Part shown: piece after piece, positions 29,550 through 40,261 of the stretch | How positions within the stretch are numbered: position 1 is the first letter of the stretch | Layout of the letters: each line of letters begins with the position of its first letter | Assembly: GCA_036338595.1 (NCBI GenBank) | Contig: JAYZBV010000015.1 | Span: forward strand, 14,103-78,102 | Length of the DNA stretch: 64,000 nt | From: Planctomycetota bacterium | GTDB lineage: Bacteria; Planctomycetota; UBA8108; UBA1146 | Direction of reading: 5' to 3' | Program-made: the position numbers and the translations under genes | The notes under the pieces: generated by a model | The model's database searches: none | Seen by the model: the letters and a program-made list of their open reading frames with translations, nothing else | What the model was told of the DNA's origin: nothing

Positions 29550-30302
29550 ATGCGTATTGCCATCATCAGCGATATTCATGCCAACCTTCCCGCCCTCGAG
29601 GCGGTTCTCGCAGATATCGATCAGGTAGGAATCGACCGGATCTACTGCCTCGGAGATGTCATCGGTTACGGACCAGAACCGAGGGAATGTCTTGAGGCCA
29701 GTATCAAATTCGACGTGAATCTTCTCGGAAATCACGAGGAAGCAGTGCTGTATGACCCCATCGGATTCAATCCCAGGGCAAAGGCAGCGGTCGAATGGAC
29801 CAAGCAGCAATTGATGAGTACCAGTCTCCCTCGCGAGGAAAACGCGGCTCTGTGGAAGCATCTCTCTTCGATGAAGCAGACACATGAAGAAGGGGACATC
29901 TTTCTTGCTCATGGCACGCCGCGGGATCCGACCAGGGAGTACCTATTTGTTCAGGACTGTTCCGATGACCCGGCGAAGGTCGAGGAATTGTTCGAGAGTT
30001 TTGGTCCATCGACGGCATTCGTAGGTCACACGCATGTTGCTGGACTCTTTTCCCCGGGTCCTTGTTTCCGGACTCCTGAGGAGCTGGGTGGCAAGGTCAC
30101 CCTGGGGCTAGAAAATTTGATCGTCAATGTCGGATCCGTCGGTCAGCCTCGCGATGGCGATCCGCGGAGCAGCTATGTGATCGTGGATCGGAATGAACTC
30201 GAGTTCAGACGGGTCGCCTATCCCGTTGAGGAAACGCAGAGACGCTTCAAGAGAACCCCATTGCCTGAAAATCTGGCGCTTCGGTTGATCGAAGGACGCT
30301 GA
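29550..30302 (+). CDS. Metallophosphoesterase (calcineurin-like family)
   Basis: SDIHAN, GDVIGYG, GNHE, AHG, GHTH, NVGSVGQPRDGDPR; true start MRIAII. Confidence 0.9.
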   Translation: MRIAIISDIHANLPALEAVLADIDQVGIDRIYCLGDVIGYGPEPRECLEASIKFDVNLLGNHEEAVLYDPIGFNPRAKAAVEWTKQQLMSTSLPREENAALWKHLSSMKQTHEEGDIFLAHGTPRDPTREYLFVQDCSDDPAKVEELFESFGPSTAFVGHTHVAGLFSPGPCFRTPEELGGKVTLGLENLIVNVGSVGQPRDGDPRSSYVIVDRNELEFRRVAYPVEETQRRFKRTPLPENLALRLIEGR

Positions 30303-30316
30303 GGAGAGTTGACCTG

Positions 30317-32185
30317 ATGGATAAGAGATTTCTTCAGACGATGGTGATCTGCTTTGCGATCTCCATCATCTACATGGACTGGATTACTCCCGAGAGAACG
30401 GTGACGAATGTTCCGCCGTCGGGTGTCCAGCAGCCAGCTCCCGTGCCGACTCCGGGGGATGCCGTATCTGATCTCGTAGTGGACGCTGATCCTGGTGACC
30501 AGGGAGTCGTCCCCGAGGTGGTGATCGAGGAACAGATGGTCCTGCTGGCAAACCCTCTGCTCGAGGTGCAGATCACCAACCGAGGAGCCGCGCTCCTCAG
30601 TGCCGTGCTGCCAGGGTACGGCGAAGATATTGCCGATGACGCTCCTCTTGAGCTGATCTCCCCCGATGTGCATTCGGGGCGAGCGTTGGAAGTCCAGGTC
30701 CAGACTACCGATGAAGATCTGGCGCAAAAGTTGTGGGAAGTGATCGATTCTTCCCCGGCTGGAGTCACCTTTCGTACGCAACTGACGGATGGCAGAGCCG
30801 TGGTGCGCAGCTACCAGTTGCCAACAGATGGCTACGAACTGTTCACCTCCATCTCATTCGAAGGGCAATGGCCAGTCGCGACTGATGTGAGATACGAGAT
30901 CCTTGGAGCAGAACGGATCCGTTACGATGTTTCGGGCCGTATGGCCGCATATCCAAATCAGTGGGTGACAGCCAGCCGAAATCGAGATGGAAGCATAGGA
31001 GATGTAGATCACCGCGCTGTCGAGGCGGTCGAAACGGGTGAAGTTCGAAGAGACGGAATCGCGTGGGTTGGACTCGAGAGTAACTACTTCGCCCAGGTGA
31101 TCCGTCCCCTGTCGACAGAAGCCACTCCGGCGCCTTCGCTCGCAATGCTCGCCTATGGAGCACGTCCCGGGGAAAATACAGAGCATTTTCAGCGACTTGC
31201 AGACGGGGATGGGATTCAAGCACCTCTTCAGGGGTGGCCGATGCGAGTCGGTTTTCGACGCAAGGTGGAGACGGGAACTCCACACCAATATGCCGTCTTC
31301 CTCGGACCAAAATCTCCCATGGTTCTCGAGGGCCATGCCTCCTGGGATGCGATGAGATTGATCGACTACGGCTTTTTTGGCTGGTTGGTACGTCCCTTTC
31401 TGTGGCTACTGAGAACCTTTGATGGATTTGTAGGATCCTGGGGGCTGTCGATCATTCTTCTGACCTTTTGTATCCGTGGAGTGCTACACCCGGTCAACAA
31501 GAGAAACCAAAGGCAGATGCAAATCCAGCAGCAAGGGATGGCGCGTCTGAAGCCGCAGATGGAGGAGATCAAGGAGCGTTACAAGAATGATGCCCCGCAG
31601 CAACAACGCAAGATCCAGGAACTCTTCAAGAGCGAGGGAGTGAATCCCGCTGCGATGTTTGGCGGCTGCCTTTTCATCTTCCTGCAGTTGCCGATCTGGC
31701 TCGCACTGATCAATACTTTTACCATTGCCATCGAATTGAGACAGGCCAGTTTCCTCTGGGTGGATGACCTGACCAGCCCCGACATGCTGGCACAGATGCC
31801 TTTCAGCCTGCCGATCCTCGGGGACTGGTTCAACTTGCTTCCGATCTTGTATGTGATCGTCACCCTTGTGAACCAGAAGATGATGCCCCAATCCGATGAC
31901 CCTCAGGTCCAGATGCAGCAGAAGATGATGGCGTTCATGATGGTTGCATTTGGATTCATCTTTTACTCCTTTGCAGCGGGCCTGATGGTGTATTTCATCA
32001 CGTCAGCACTGGTAGGAATCATCGAGCAGAAGATGATCCGGCGGGATCTTCGCGCCGCTGGCATCCTCCCAACTCCTGGAGTCTCGACCGACTCAGGACC
32101 CGCTCCAGGGCCCGGAACTGGCAAGAGCGCTGCTCCTCCTCGAGGCCCCGCTCGCCCCGGTTCGGGCAAGGTCAAGAACCGCTGA
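30317..32185 (+). CDS. yidC: Membrane protein insertase YidC
   Basis: N-terminal TM, large periplasmic domain, WGLSIILLT, GCL..FLQLPIW, IELRQASFLWVDDLTSPD. Confidence 0.95.
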   Translation: MDKRFLQTMVICFAISIIYMDWITPERTVTNVPPSGVQQPAPVPTPGDAVSDLVVDADPGDQGVVPEVVIEEQMVLLANPLLEVQITNRGAALLSAVLPGYGEDIADDAPLELISPDVHSGRALEVQVQTTDEDLAQKLWEVIDSSPAGVTFRTQLTDGRAVVRSYQLPTDGYELFTSISFEGQWPVATDVRYEILGAERIRYDVSGRMAAYPNQWVTASRNRDGSIGDVDHRAVEAVETGEVRRDGIAWVGLESNYFAQVIRPLSTEATPAPSLAMLAYGARPGENTEHFQRLADGDGIQAPLQGWPMRVGFRRKVETGTPHQYAVFLGPKSPMVLEGHASWDAMRLIDYGFFGWLVRPFLWLLRTFDGFVGSWGLSIILLTFCIRGVLHPVNKRNQRQMQIQQQGMARLKPQMEEIKERYKNDAPQQQRKIQELFKSEGVNPAAMFGGCLFIFLQLPIWLALINTFTIAIELRQASFLWVDDLTSPDMLAQMPFSLPILGDWFNLLPILYVIVTLVNQKMMPQSDDPQVQMQQKMMAFMMVAFGFIFYSFAAGLMVYFITSALVGIIEQKMIRRDLRAAGILPTPGVSTDSGPAPGPGTGKSAAPPRGPARPGSGKVKNR

Positions 32186-32196
32186 GAGGTGCGGTC

Positions 32197-33555
32197 ATGG
32201 AAGAAGTGATTTTTGCACTCTCCAGCCCCCCTCCACCCTCATCACTGGCGATGATCAGACTCGATGGGGAGGCAACTGCTGCGCATCTCCAGTGCCTTGT
32301 CGAGGATTCGGACAGTGGTCCGTCACCAATTCTCGAGGCCAGGATTCCTCGCATACTACAACTGAGGTGGCACGAAGATGCACCTTCGACTCCGGCGCTG
32401 GCGGTGCTGTGGAGGCGAGGAGCATCCTGGACCGGCAACGAGGGTGTCGAACTGGTTCTTCCTGGAGCGTCTCCCATCATCGACGGTGTATTGGCTCGAC
32501 TGGAGAGAGCGGGAGCACGTCCTGCAACTCCAGGAGAGTTCACTCGCAGGGCGTTTGTCAACGGTCGCATCGACTTGAGCCGTGCCGAATCAGTGGCGGC
32601 GCTGATCGAGGCAGAAGATCGAGCAGCGATGGCTGCCGCTCGACGGGTGCTGGACGGGGAACTGGCACGGGGTATCCGGTCGGTGGCCACTTCACTGCTC
32701 GATGTGCTCGCCATCACCGAGGCTGGACTCGATTTTTCTGAACAGGAGGTGGAGTCGCCCGGGAGCGAAGGAGCCAGGAGGCTACTTCAGCCGATTCTGG
32801 CAGAGTTCGATCAACTGCTGGAACGAAGACAATCTCCCGAGGTGGCTTCCGGATTGCCGAGGATTCTGTTGTGGGGCCAGCCCAATGCGGGCAAATCGTC
32901 GCTCTTGAATGCGCTCGTCCGGCAGCCACTTGCCATCGTGGATTCTGCTCCTGGAACCACGACCGATGCGGTGAGAGGAGTCCTGGAGGGCTCGGGCAGA
33001 AGCCTCGAGATTCTCGATCTGCCCGGAGAGAGAGCGGCCAGCGGCCAGATCGAGAGGCTGGCTCTGGAGAGAGCGAGGGCGCTCATCGGTGGAGATGACC
33101 CGGTGCTGTGGGTCATCGATGCCTCGAGAGACGTGATCGATATCGAGAGGGAGCGGGGTCAGTTGCCACCCGAACTGGAACACCGGATTCGGCCGGTACT
33201 GTGCCAGTGCGACCGCACGCCGCTGGTCCCCGACGATTATCTCAAGGAGGCGTACCGGGTCAGTTCTTTGACCGGAGAAGGCATCGAGATGTTGCGTCAA
33301 GAACTGATGACCTGGGGTATCCGTACGCCTGGCCAGCAGCGCTCCGATGCGCTCCGATTCACAGCACGACAGTGGCAGCTGGTGACCGGATGCCGTGGTC
33401 TGCTGGCCTCGGCCATCGCCACGGCCGATGCGGGCCCGGAGTTACTGGTCGAGGACCTCAAGGGAGCACTGCGACAGCTCGAAGAGGTGACGGGGGAATC
33501 GACACCGGAGGATGTGCTCGATCTGATCTTTTCTCGCTTCTGCCTGGGAAAGTGA
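32197..33555 (+). CDS. mnmE: tRNA modification GTPase MnmE (divergent G motifs)
   Basis: PGEFTRRAFVNGRIDL..AE, GQPNAGKSSLLN, PGTT, IFSRFCLGK C-terminus; follows yidC. Confidence 0.9.
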   Translation: MEEVIFALSSPPPPSSLAMIRLDGEATAAHLQCLVEDSDSGPSPILEARIPRILQLRWHEDAPSTPALAVLWRRGASWTGNEGVELVLPGASPIIDGVLARLERAGARPATPGEFTRRAFVNGRIDLSRAESVAALIEAEDRAAMAAARRVLDGELARGIRSVATSLLDVLAITEAGLDFSEQEVESPGSEGARRLLQPILAEFDQLLERRQSPEVASGLPRILLWGQPNAGKSSLLNALVRQPLAIVDSAPGTTTDAVRGVLEGSGRSLEILDLPGERAASGQIERLALERARALIGGDDPVLWVIDASRDVIDIERERGQLPPELEHRIRPVLCQCDRTPLVPDDYLKEAYRVSSLTGEGIEMLRQELMTWGIRTPGQQRSDALRFTARQWQLVTGCRGLLASAIATADAGPELLVEDLKGALRQLEEVTGESTPEDVLDLIFSRFCLGK

Positions 33556-33748
33556 CCCCGTGAAGCCGATCTCTGGCCTCTGCGCTCGTTGAGTGCCTCC
33601 CTCCTGTGGGATATCATGGCATCGATGCCGATCGAGGGGATGCGATCGGCTGCGAGGCCTCCCAGAGGAGCCTTGCGAGGGGCCCCGGCCAGTGGCCCCA
33701 CTTCAGGTAGCCCAGAACAGTCCTTTCGAGGCGGGAGGAGACCACCCG

Positions 33749-34222
33749 GTGCGGTGTCCATTTTGCGGTGCAGACGATGACAGGGTTGTGGATTCCAGGA
33801 CCATCTCCGAGGGGAGAGCGGTCAGGAGACGCAGGGAGTGTCTCGGTTGCAACAAGCGTCTCACCACCTATGAACGGATCGAGGAAGTCCCCCGACTGGT
33901 CGTCAAGAAGAGCCAGAGCCGGCAAGCATTCAGCCGCACAAAGGTCCTCGATGGGCTGATTGCGGCGTGTCAGAAGCGGCCCGTCTCGGTCGAGCAGATG
34001 GAAACGATCGTGGATCAGGTCGAGAAGCAGATCCGCGAGAAGTTTGACCACGAGGTGCCATCGGTGTTCATCGGGGAAGTCGTGAGCGCTCAATTGAAAG
34101 AGCTGGACCCCGTTGCGTATGTCCGCTTTGCCTCGGTGTACCAGGAGTTTGCCGACATCTCAGAGTTTTTTCAGGAGCTGACAGCCCTGATGGAGAAGAG
34201 AGAAATAGAAGATGTGCGCTGA
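33749..34222 (+). CDS. nrdR: Transcriptional repressor NrdR
   Basis: GTG start after GGAGGAG; RCPFCG..VVDSR..RRRREC..C..R.TTYE; ATP cone; VAYVRFASVY. Confidence 0.96.
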   Translation: MRCPFCGADDDRVVDSRTISEGRAVRRRRECLGCNKRLTTYERIEEVPRLVVKKSQSRQAFSRTKVLDGLIAACQKRPVSVEQMETIVDQVEKQIREKFDHEVPSVFIGEVVSAQLKELDPVAYVRFASVYQEFADISEFFQELTALMEKREIEDVR

Positions 34223-35498
34223 ATCCCATCGAGGAACGCTAGCTCTCGAGCTGCGTATCCGTTCGATGCTGGACACGATTTTCAACGGATCTACAGGGAC
34301 GGGTGTCGCTGAGGAATCAGGTCTCGTGCTTCATGATACCGAATCGATCCTTCATGATGTGATGGAGGGACTGGGGAGTTCAGAGGTTCACTGGCAGAGC
34401 CATGAGCTGATCGAGCGGATTCACACTGCTTGCGAGAATCGAGGTGAAGCTGGCTTGATGGATGCCATCGATCAGTTGGTCTCCTGGCCTGAAGTTGAAC
34501 GAGTCAGTGATAGCGCAATGAAACTGGTCACGGATCGAATCGCACACTTCAGTGGCACACAGGTGTTCGAGTCTGCGATTGCAAACTCTTTCCTGAGTGA
34601 TCTATGGCCGGTGCATGGCGGACTCGCGCCGATGCAGCCGTTCAGATTTCTTGAGCGTAGAATAGAAGTGGAGAGTCTCGCCGAGAGCCAGGATTCACTT
34701 CATCATATTGGTGACCAGGTGATCAGCGAGATCGAGTGGGTGGCTGGCTCGTTGGTGGTGTCGGGAGCGCTTGAGGACCTGTGTCGCCTTCCCGAACCAT
34801 CTGTCCGTCAGCGCTGGGAACTGCTACAGGCGCGCATTCGTGGCTACCTCGAAGCTCAGCAGCAGTCGCCGCAGGTGATCTGGGAGGTGTCCGCGCTGGC
34901 ACGGACCCCGAGAGGGCAACTCTTCGCCGATCCTATCGACCAGGAGCGGCACGAGAATGGAATTCGGTACCTCTGCGAGAGTGCCCAGTTACTGGTCAGG
35001 GTTCCGCTGCCGATACCTGCCTCGTCACGGCTGATGCTCGCAGATTGCCTCAGGGGATCGATTCCGGTTCGAATTTGCAGTGACCAACATCCTCGTCCGA
35101 CGCTGATTGCTGGTCGCCTCGAAGGAGATCCACTGGGGGTGAATGCCATCTGCCAGCGTGTGATGGCGTTTGACCATGTTGCAGATCATGGGGTGTCGAT
35201 TCCCTGGCGAGATGACTGGAATCAGGCGAAGTGTCTCTCGACGCCACTCTGGATCGCCTCGGAGAACTCAAACCCACTCGATTACATCCACTATTTGCTT
35301 CGAAATTCTCTCAACGCCGAGCAGATTCCGGCGATCGGAATAGAGTCGAGAGAGGTGGCGCTCGCCTTCCGGGCTGCACGGAAACTGATCAGCAAGATCA
35401 CACGTCGCAGAGGAGGGGGCTGGAACCGATTCGAGGAGCTGCTGGCAGCAGTAGCGATCTCTCCAAGACTGCTGGCTTCCACAGCCGAACGCACCTAG
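34212..35498 (+). CDS. Hypothetical protein overlapping the end of nrdR
   Basis: 428 aa ORF filling the nrdR-smc gap and overlapping nrdR by 11 nt; no firm motif. Confidence 0.7.
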   Translation: MCAESHRGTLALELRIRSMLDTIFNGSTGTGVAEESGLVLHDTESILHDVMEGLGSSEVHWQSHELIERIHTACENRGEAGLMDAIDQLVSWPEVERVSDSAMKLVTDRIAHFSGTQVFESAIANSFLSDLWPVHGGLAPMQPFRFLERRIEVESLAESQDSLHHIGDQVISEIEWVAGSLVVSGALEDLCRLPEPSVRQRWELLQARIRGYLEAQQQSPQVIWEVSALARTPRGQLFADPIDQERHENGIRYLCESAQLLVRVPLPIPASSRLMLADCLRGSIPVRICSDQHPRPTLIAGRLEGDPLGVNAICQRVMAFDHVADHGVSIPWRDDWNQAKCLSTPLWIASENSNPLDYIHYLLRNSLNAEQIPAIGIESREVALAFRAARKLISKITRRRGGGWNRFEELLAAVAISPRLLASTAERT

Positions 35499-35540
35499 GG
35501 TCTGAGAATCGAAAGAAAATTACAGGGTCGAAAGGAAACC

Positions 35541-38500
35541 TTGCACCTCAAAAGAATCTACCTCTCAGGATTCAAGTCCTTCGCGGACCCCGTCGAATTC
35601 GAATTCGACCCGGGGATCAGTGCCGTCGTGGGGCCAAACGGGTGCGGTAAGTCCAACATCGTGGATGCATTTCGATGGGTTCTCGGAGAGAGATCCGCGA
35701 AGGGGCTACGCGGTACAGAGATGCTCGATGTCATCTTCACGGGCACCAGGACCCGGGCAGCACTCTCGAGGGCAGAGGTTCGGCTGCTGTTCGATAACCA
35801 GCACCGAACCCTTCCGGTCGATGCAACTGAGGTAGAGATCGGCCGAATTCTCCTTCGAGATGGCACCAGCGAGTACCAGATCAATGGCAAGCGATGCCGC
35901 CTGAAAGATGTTCTGGCGGTCTTCGCAGACACCGGCATCGGAGCGGACGGATATTCCGTCCTGGGCCAGGGCAAGGTGGATTCGTTCCTCAACTCCAATT
36001 CTCTCGAACGACGCAAGATCTTCGAGGAAGCAGCGGGGATCTCCAGTTTTCGCAAGAAACGCTCCGAGGCAGAGAAGAGGCTCGAAAGGGGCGAACTGGA
36101 ACTGACTCGTGTCACTGACCAGTTGTCAGAGATCGAGCGCAGGATCCGCAGCCTCAAGATGCAGGCTGGAAGGGCGCGGCGATACATCGAGGATCGAGAC
36201 CGGTTCAAGATGGTCAGTTCTGTGATGTCGGCCCTGCAGATCGAGGAGTACCGTGAAGAAAGTGAGCGAGTTGCATTCCGGATGCAGTGGAGGAACACGC
36301 TGAGGGAAATGCTCTCCGATCTGTCGGGATCACTTGAGACTGCTCTGGATGAAATCAAAGGCCGTCTCGATGGTTCGCATCGCGCTCTCGATGACACCAG
36401 GCAAAAGGAAACCAAGAAGAAAGTTGCGCTGGAAGGGATCGATGCACGTAGGGGACAGCTGGAAGAACAGGCTCGACACGCTTCCCAGCGCAACGATGAA
36501 CGTGCTCGACAACAACAGGAGTTGATCAGGCTCGAAGAGGAGTATCGTGTCAGTCGCGAGAAAGTTCGCAATCGTTTGAAGTCTACAATTTCGAACCTGC
36601 GTGAATGTCGACGAGATCTCAAACTGCAAATTGCAAGGTACTCGACCATCTTCGCAGAGAGAGAGCAGCTCGATTCGAAAGTACTGGCCAGCAAGGATAG
36701 TGATCTGCGCCTGGTGTTCGAGGAAACCCGTCTCAAGAACACGGTTGCAGCCCTGACCGGTGATCTACGTGGACAGGATACGATTCGTGATGGTCGTGCC
36801 GCAGAAAACCGAAAATTCCGCATACAGCAGCTCGAAATGGAGGAGCAGGCCCGTCTGCGTGACGACTACATCATCGAACTGATCGAACTGGAGCGCCGTT
36901 GTCTCCACGATGCAGATCGAGTCCGCGAAGAGGTCAAGAACCGACTAGGGGTGCTCGATAAAGCGAGAGGGAACCTGTCCAAGCTTCGGTCCGAGAGCGA
37001 GTCCAGTGAGGGTCGGCTGCGTTTCCTCATGGAACTGGAAGAGACTCTGGAAGGCCTGGGCAAGGGCACGCAGAGATTGCTCAACTCCGAGCAGCCGGCG
37101 GCGCGGGATATCAGAGGGCTTCTGGCCCGCTTGATCGAGGCCGATCCAGATTCCGCAGGCATGGTCGATGCGGTACTCGGGCGTGTGCTGGAGACCGTGG
37201 TTCTTCAGGGAAGAACACCGATCGAAAGCAGGATACGCGCCCTCGAGAAGATACTGGATGGTGAATCGGTCTCGATCGTGTCGCTCGAAAACGAAATTGA
37301 AGGACAGACGAGGCAACTTGGCCCGCCCCCTGGAGTCGAGACTCTCGCATCGCGAATCGAATGCGAATCCATCTGTCGCCCCATCGTCGATGCTTTGCTG
37401 GGAAATGTGCTGATCGCCTCGGATCTGAACGATGCCATCATGTTGCACAGGAGATCGCCTGGATTCCGCGTGGTTATCCAGGACGGCACGGTCATCGAAC
37501 CGTGGGGAGCGGTCAGGATTCCAGGCAGTAGCAAGGCAGGACTCGTCTCGCGTCGTGTGGAGATGATGCACCTGAGGAGTGCAATGGATGAGATCCACTC
37601 CCAGGTCGCAAAGGCATCCGAGCAGGAAGAAACGCTGGAGGATTCCATCTCGGCTCGACGAGGAGAAATCCAGCGCCTCGACCAGGAGGCAGGTAGAGCC
37701 CGAAACGAGGCTGACCATGCCCGGCGAGAGAAGGAAAAGGCAAGGGAGTCTCTTCGCATCATCAAGGAGAGAAGGGTTCTTCTCGACAGGGATATGGAAC
37801 AGGCTCTGAAGCACTACGAAGAACTCTCTGCATTGAGAGATGCCGCAAGCAGTGACCTCGAAAAGGTGGCCAGCGACAGGCTAGCCCTCAACAGAACTCT
37901 GGAAGCGGATTCCAGACGGATCTCACCTCTTGACCAGCAACTCGGAGACCTGGATTCCGAGCAGCAACGTATGCGATTGGTCGAGACCAGGGAGCAGGAG
38001 CGGATCTCATCCGACTGGCGAGAACAGCGTCTCCTTGCGGATGAGGCCGAGCAGCGCAAGCAGTTGAGATTGAGAATGACCGGCGATATCGAGCAAGAGG
38101 AGCAGCGTCACCAGGGGTACTGCCAGCAAATTGAGGATCTGGGGCAGGAGGAGGTGGAACTTCGCCAGCAGCTGGAGCAGATCAGTGCGTTGCGGCACGA
38201 GCAGGATCGGCAACTGGATACCTGTCGCCATGAGATATCCGCAGTGGAAAAGCGCCAGAAGGAGTGCCGAGGTCAATCAGAAAAGTTCAGGGAAGGGCGC
38301 GAGGCGGATCTGATCAGTGCCAGCGAGTGCAAGCTTCGCATAGAAGGTATCGAGGATCGGGTTCGGGATGAGCTCGAAGTGTCGCTGAGCGAGGCACCAC
38401 TGGAGCAGTGGCGAGCGACTCTCCTCGAAGGCATCGATGACGATGGAGCCGTACTTGAACATCTGCAAGGGGAGTACCAGCAGATCCAGGCCAGGATGCG

Positions 38501-39272
38501 GCGAAATGCCAATGTGAATCTGGAAGCAGTGGAAGAACTTGAAACTGAAGAGGCGAGGCATGCAGATATTTCTGCAGAAGTCGCAGACCTGACTCGATCC
38601 AGTGAGCTCATTCGCCAGGCGATCGTTACGCTGGATGACCAGTGTCGTACCCGCTTCCTCAAGACATTCGAAGAGGTGCGATCGAACTTCCAGGACATCT
38701 TTAGCCTGATGTTTGGTGGTGGAGTCGCCGACCTGGAACTCGACCCCGATGAAGATGCTCTTGAAGCTGGAATCTCGGTCAAGGCGCGCCCACCCGGCAA
38801 GCGGATTTCAAGTCTCGAGTTGCTCTCGGGGGGAGAGAGAGCGCTGGCTGCCATCTCCGTGATATTTGCCCTTTTCAAGGCACGACCCAGCCCCTTCTGC
38901 ATCCTCGATGAGGTGGATGCTCCACTGGATGAGCAAAACACTCACCGATTCGTGAAGGTTCTCCAGGAGTTCGCACTGACCTCCCAGTTCCTCATCATCA
39001 CCCACAGTCGCACCACCATGACGGAAGCCCAGCGTCTCTATGGAGTCACGATGGAGGAAGAGGGCGTATCTTGCCGTGCAGTGGTCAAGGTCGCCGATGC
39101 CGACCGCTGGGTGGACGAGAAGATCCCCCAGCAGGATCGCTCGCTACCGATCGATCATCCGCCTGGGGCTCGGGAACTTTATTCCGACCGCGGTTCTGTC
39201 AGTAGCAGAATTGCCGTCGAGGGCGAGGAACGCCACCCAGAGGCTCAGGACCATGGAATGCAGCAAGCTTGA
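35541..39272 (+). CDS. smc: Chromosome segregation protein SMC
   Basis: GFKSFA, GPNGCGKSN Walker A, long coiled coils with hinge, LSGGE signature, ILDEVDAPLD Walker B/D-loop; TTG start. Confidence 0.97.
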   Translation: MHLKRIYLSGFKSFADPVEFEFDPGISAVVGPNGCGKSNIVDAFRWVLGERSAKGLRGTEMLDVIFTGTRTRAALSRAEVRLLFDNQHRTLPVDATEVEIGRILLRDGTSEYQINGKRCRLKDVLAVFADTGIGADGYSVLGQGKVDSFLNSNSLERRKIFEEAAGISSFRKKRSEAEKRLERGELELTRVTDQLSEIERRIRSLKMQAGRARRYIEDRDRFKMVSSVMSALQIEEYREESERVAFRMQWRNTLREMLSDLSGSLETALDEIKGRLDGSHRALDDTRQKETKKKVALEGIDARRGQLEEQARHASQRNDERARQQQELIRLEEEYRVSREKVRNRLKSTISNLRECRRDLKLQIARYSTIFAEREQLDSKVLASKDSDLRLVFEETRLKNTVAALTGDLRGQDTIRDGRAAENRKFRIQQLEMEEQARLRDDYIIELIELERRCLHDADRVREEVKNRLGVLDKARGNLSKLRSESESSEGRLRFLMELEETLEGLGKGTQRLLNSEQPAARDIRGLLARLIEADPDSAGMVDAVLGRVLETVVLQGRTPIESRIRALEKILDGESVSIVSLENEIEGQTRQLGPPPGVETLASRIECESICRPIVDALLGNVLIASDLNDAIMLHRRSPGFRVVIQDGTVIEPWGAVRIPGSSKAGLVSRRVEMMHLRSAMDEIHSQVAKASEQEETLEDSISARRGEIQRLDQEAGRARNEADHARREKEKARESLRIIKERRVLLDRDMEQALKHYEELSALRDAASSDLEKVASDRLALNRTLEADSRRISPLDQQLGDLDSEQQRMRLVETREQERISSDWREQRLLADEAEQRKQLRLRMTGDIEQEEQRHQGYCQQIEDLGQEEVELRQQLEQISALRHEQDRQLDTCRHEISAVEKRQKECRGQSEKFREGREADLISASECKLRIEGIEDRVRDELEVSLSEAPLEQWRATLLEGIDDDGAVLEHLQGEYQQIQARMRRNANVNLEAVEELETEEARHADISAEVADLTRSSELIRQAIVTLDDQCRTRFLKTFEEVRSNFQDIFSLMFGGGVADLELDPDEDALEAGISVKARPPGKRISSLELLSGGERALAAISVIFALFKARPSPFCILDEVDAPLDEQNTHRFVKVLQEFALTSQFLIITHSRTTMTEAQRLYGVTMEEEGVSCRAVVKVADADRWVDEKIPQQDRSLPIDHPPGARELYSDRGSVSSRIAVEGEERHPEAQDHGMQQA

Positions 39273-39439
39273 CCCCTCTCTCATCTTGCCTCGTTTGACG
39301 ATTTCCGCATCCGCGGGATAGTCTTCGGAGACAACGACCTTTTCCCCCTCTTCGGAGGGTTTGACCTCTCTCCAGCACAAACGGCCTCAGGCCGATACGG
39401 GAGTTCCGCAGCCATCGGCTGCCGGATTGGGAGAGTACG

Positions 39440-40261
39440 ATGCAATCGACCGATCGCTTTGATCCGATCGTGGGAGATAGCGAGGCCATTCGTGAGCTTC
39501 GCACCTTCGTGCTCGAGATGAGCGTCGAAACTGGCTCGATACTCCTTGCAGGATCTTCAGGTGTTGGCAAGAGGCTTGCGGCACGAAAGATACACGCTGC
39601 CGGCAGCTTTCCTGGATCTCGACTGAAGTTCGTTCATGGTCCAGAGTTTTCCATCGACGATCTTCACGCTTCTTCCGATGAGATCCCCGCCCTTGTGCAA
39701 CTTGGCACCGTCTACATCGGATCCGCACAACTGATGAGCGTTGAACTGGCGAGAGAACTGGTCCACTTGATCCAGGCGGATTCAGCTGAAATCCCGAGGA
39801 TCATTCTTGGGATCGATCTGGTCAGCGATGATGCCGCAGTTCACTTCTCGGCGTCCAGTCCCCTCGCTGAACTGGAATTATGCGGGAGCTTCTCGATTCC
39901 AGACCTGAGAGATCGGACCGAGGACATCTCGGCCATCTCCCGCTACCAGATATGGGCAACCTCCCGGCCGGAGGACTTCGAGGATCGGTGGAAGCAATTC
40001 ACACTCACGATGCTCGGTGAGGTGCTGTCGAAACCGTGGCATGGAAATGTCCCGGAACTACTTGAGGCTGTCGCGGCGTTCTGTTCGAGAGAATCGAAGA
40101 GATCGGGGACAGCGTTGCTGGGAAATCTCACCGAATCCGTATCTGCACACTGGTTGCAGGAACAGATCGAGCGGATGCATGAAAACTTGTTGGAGCGATG
40201 GGGGTTTGAAGATTCGCTTCAGAGTGGGGATGCATGGGATGCTTCGAGGTCACTCCGATGA
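39440..40261 (+). CDS. Degenerate sigma54-activator-like AAA+ protein
   Basis: IVGDS..I..L, GSSGVGK Walker A, IPDLRDRTEDI, PWHGNVPEL; no GAFTGA, no acidic Walker B, no clear HTH. Confidence 0.7.
   Translation: MQSTDRFDPIVGDSEAIRELRTFVLEMSVETGSILLAGSSGVGKRLAARKIHAAGSFPGSRLKFVHGPEFSIDDLHASSDEIPALVQLGTVYIGSAQLMSVELARELVHLIQADSAEIPRIILGIDLVSDDAAVHFSASSPLAELELCGSFSIPDLRDRTEDISAISRYQIWATSRPEDFEDRWKQFTLTMLGEVLSKPWHGNVPELLEAVAAFCSRESKRSGTALLGNLTESVSAHWLQEQIERMHENLLERWGFEDSLQSGDAWDASRSLR

Noticed and set aside
35558..36823. 421 aa minus-strand ORF inside smc
   Set aside because: Ser/Arg-rich shadow of a conserved gene.
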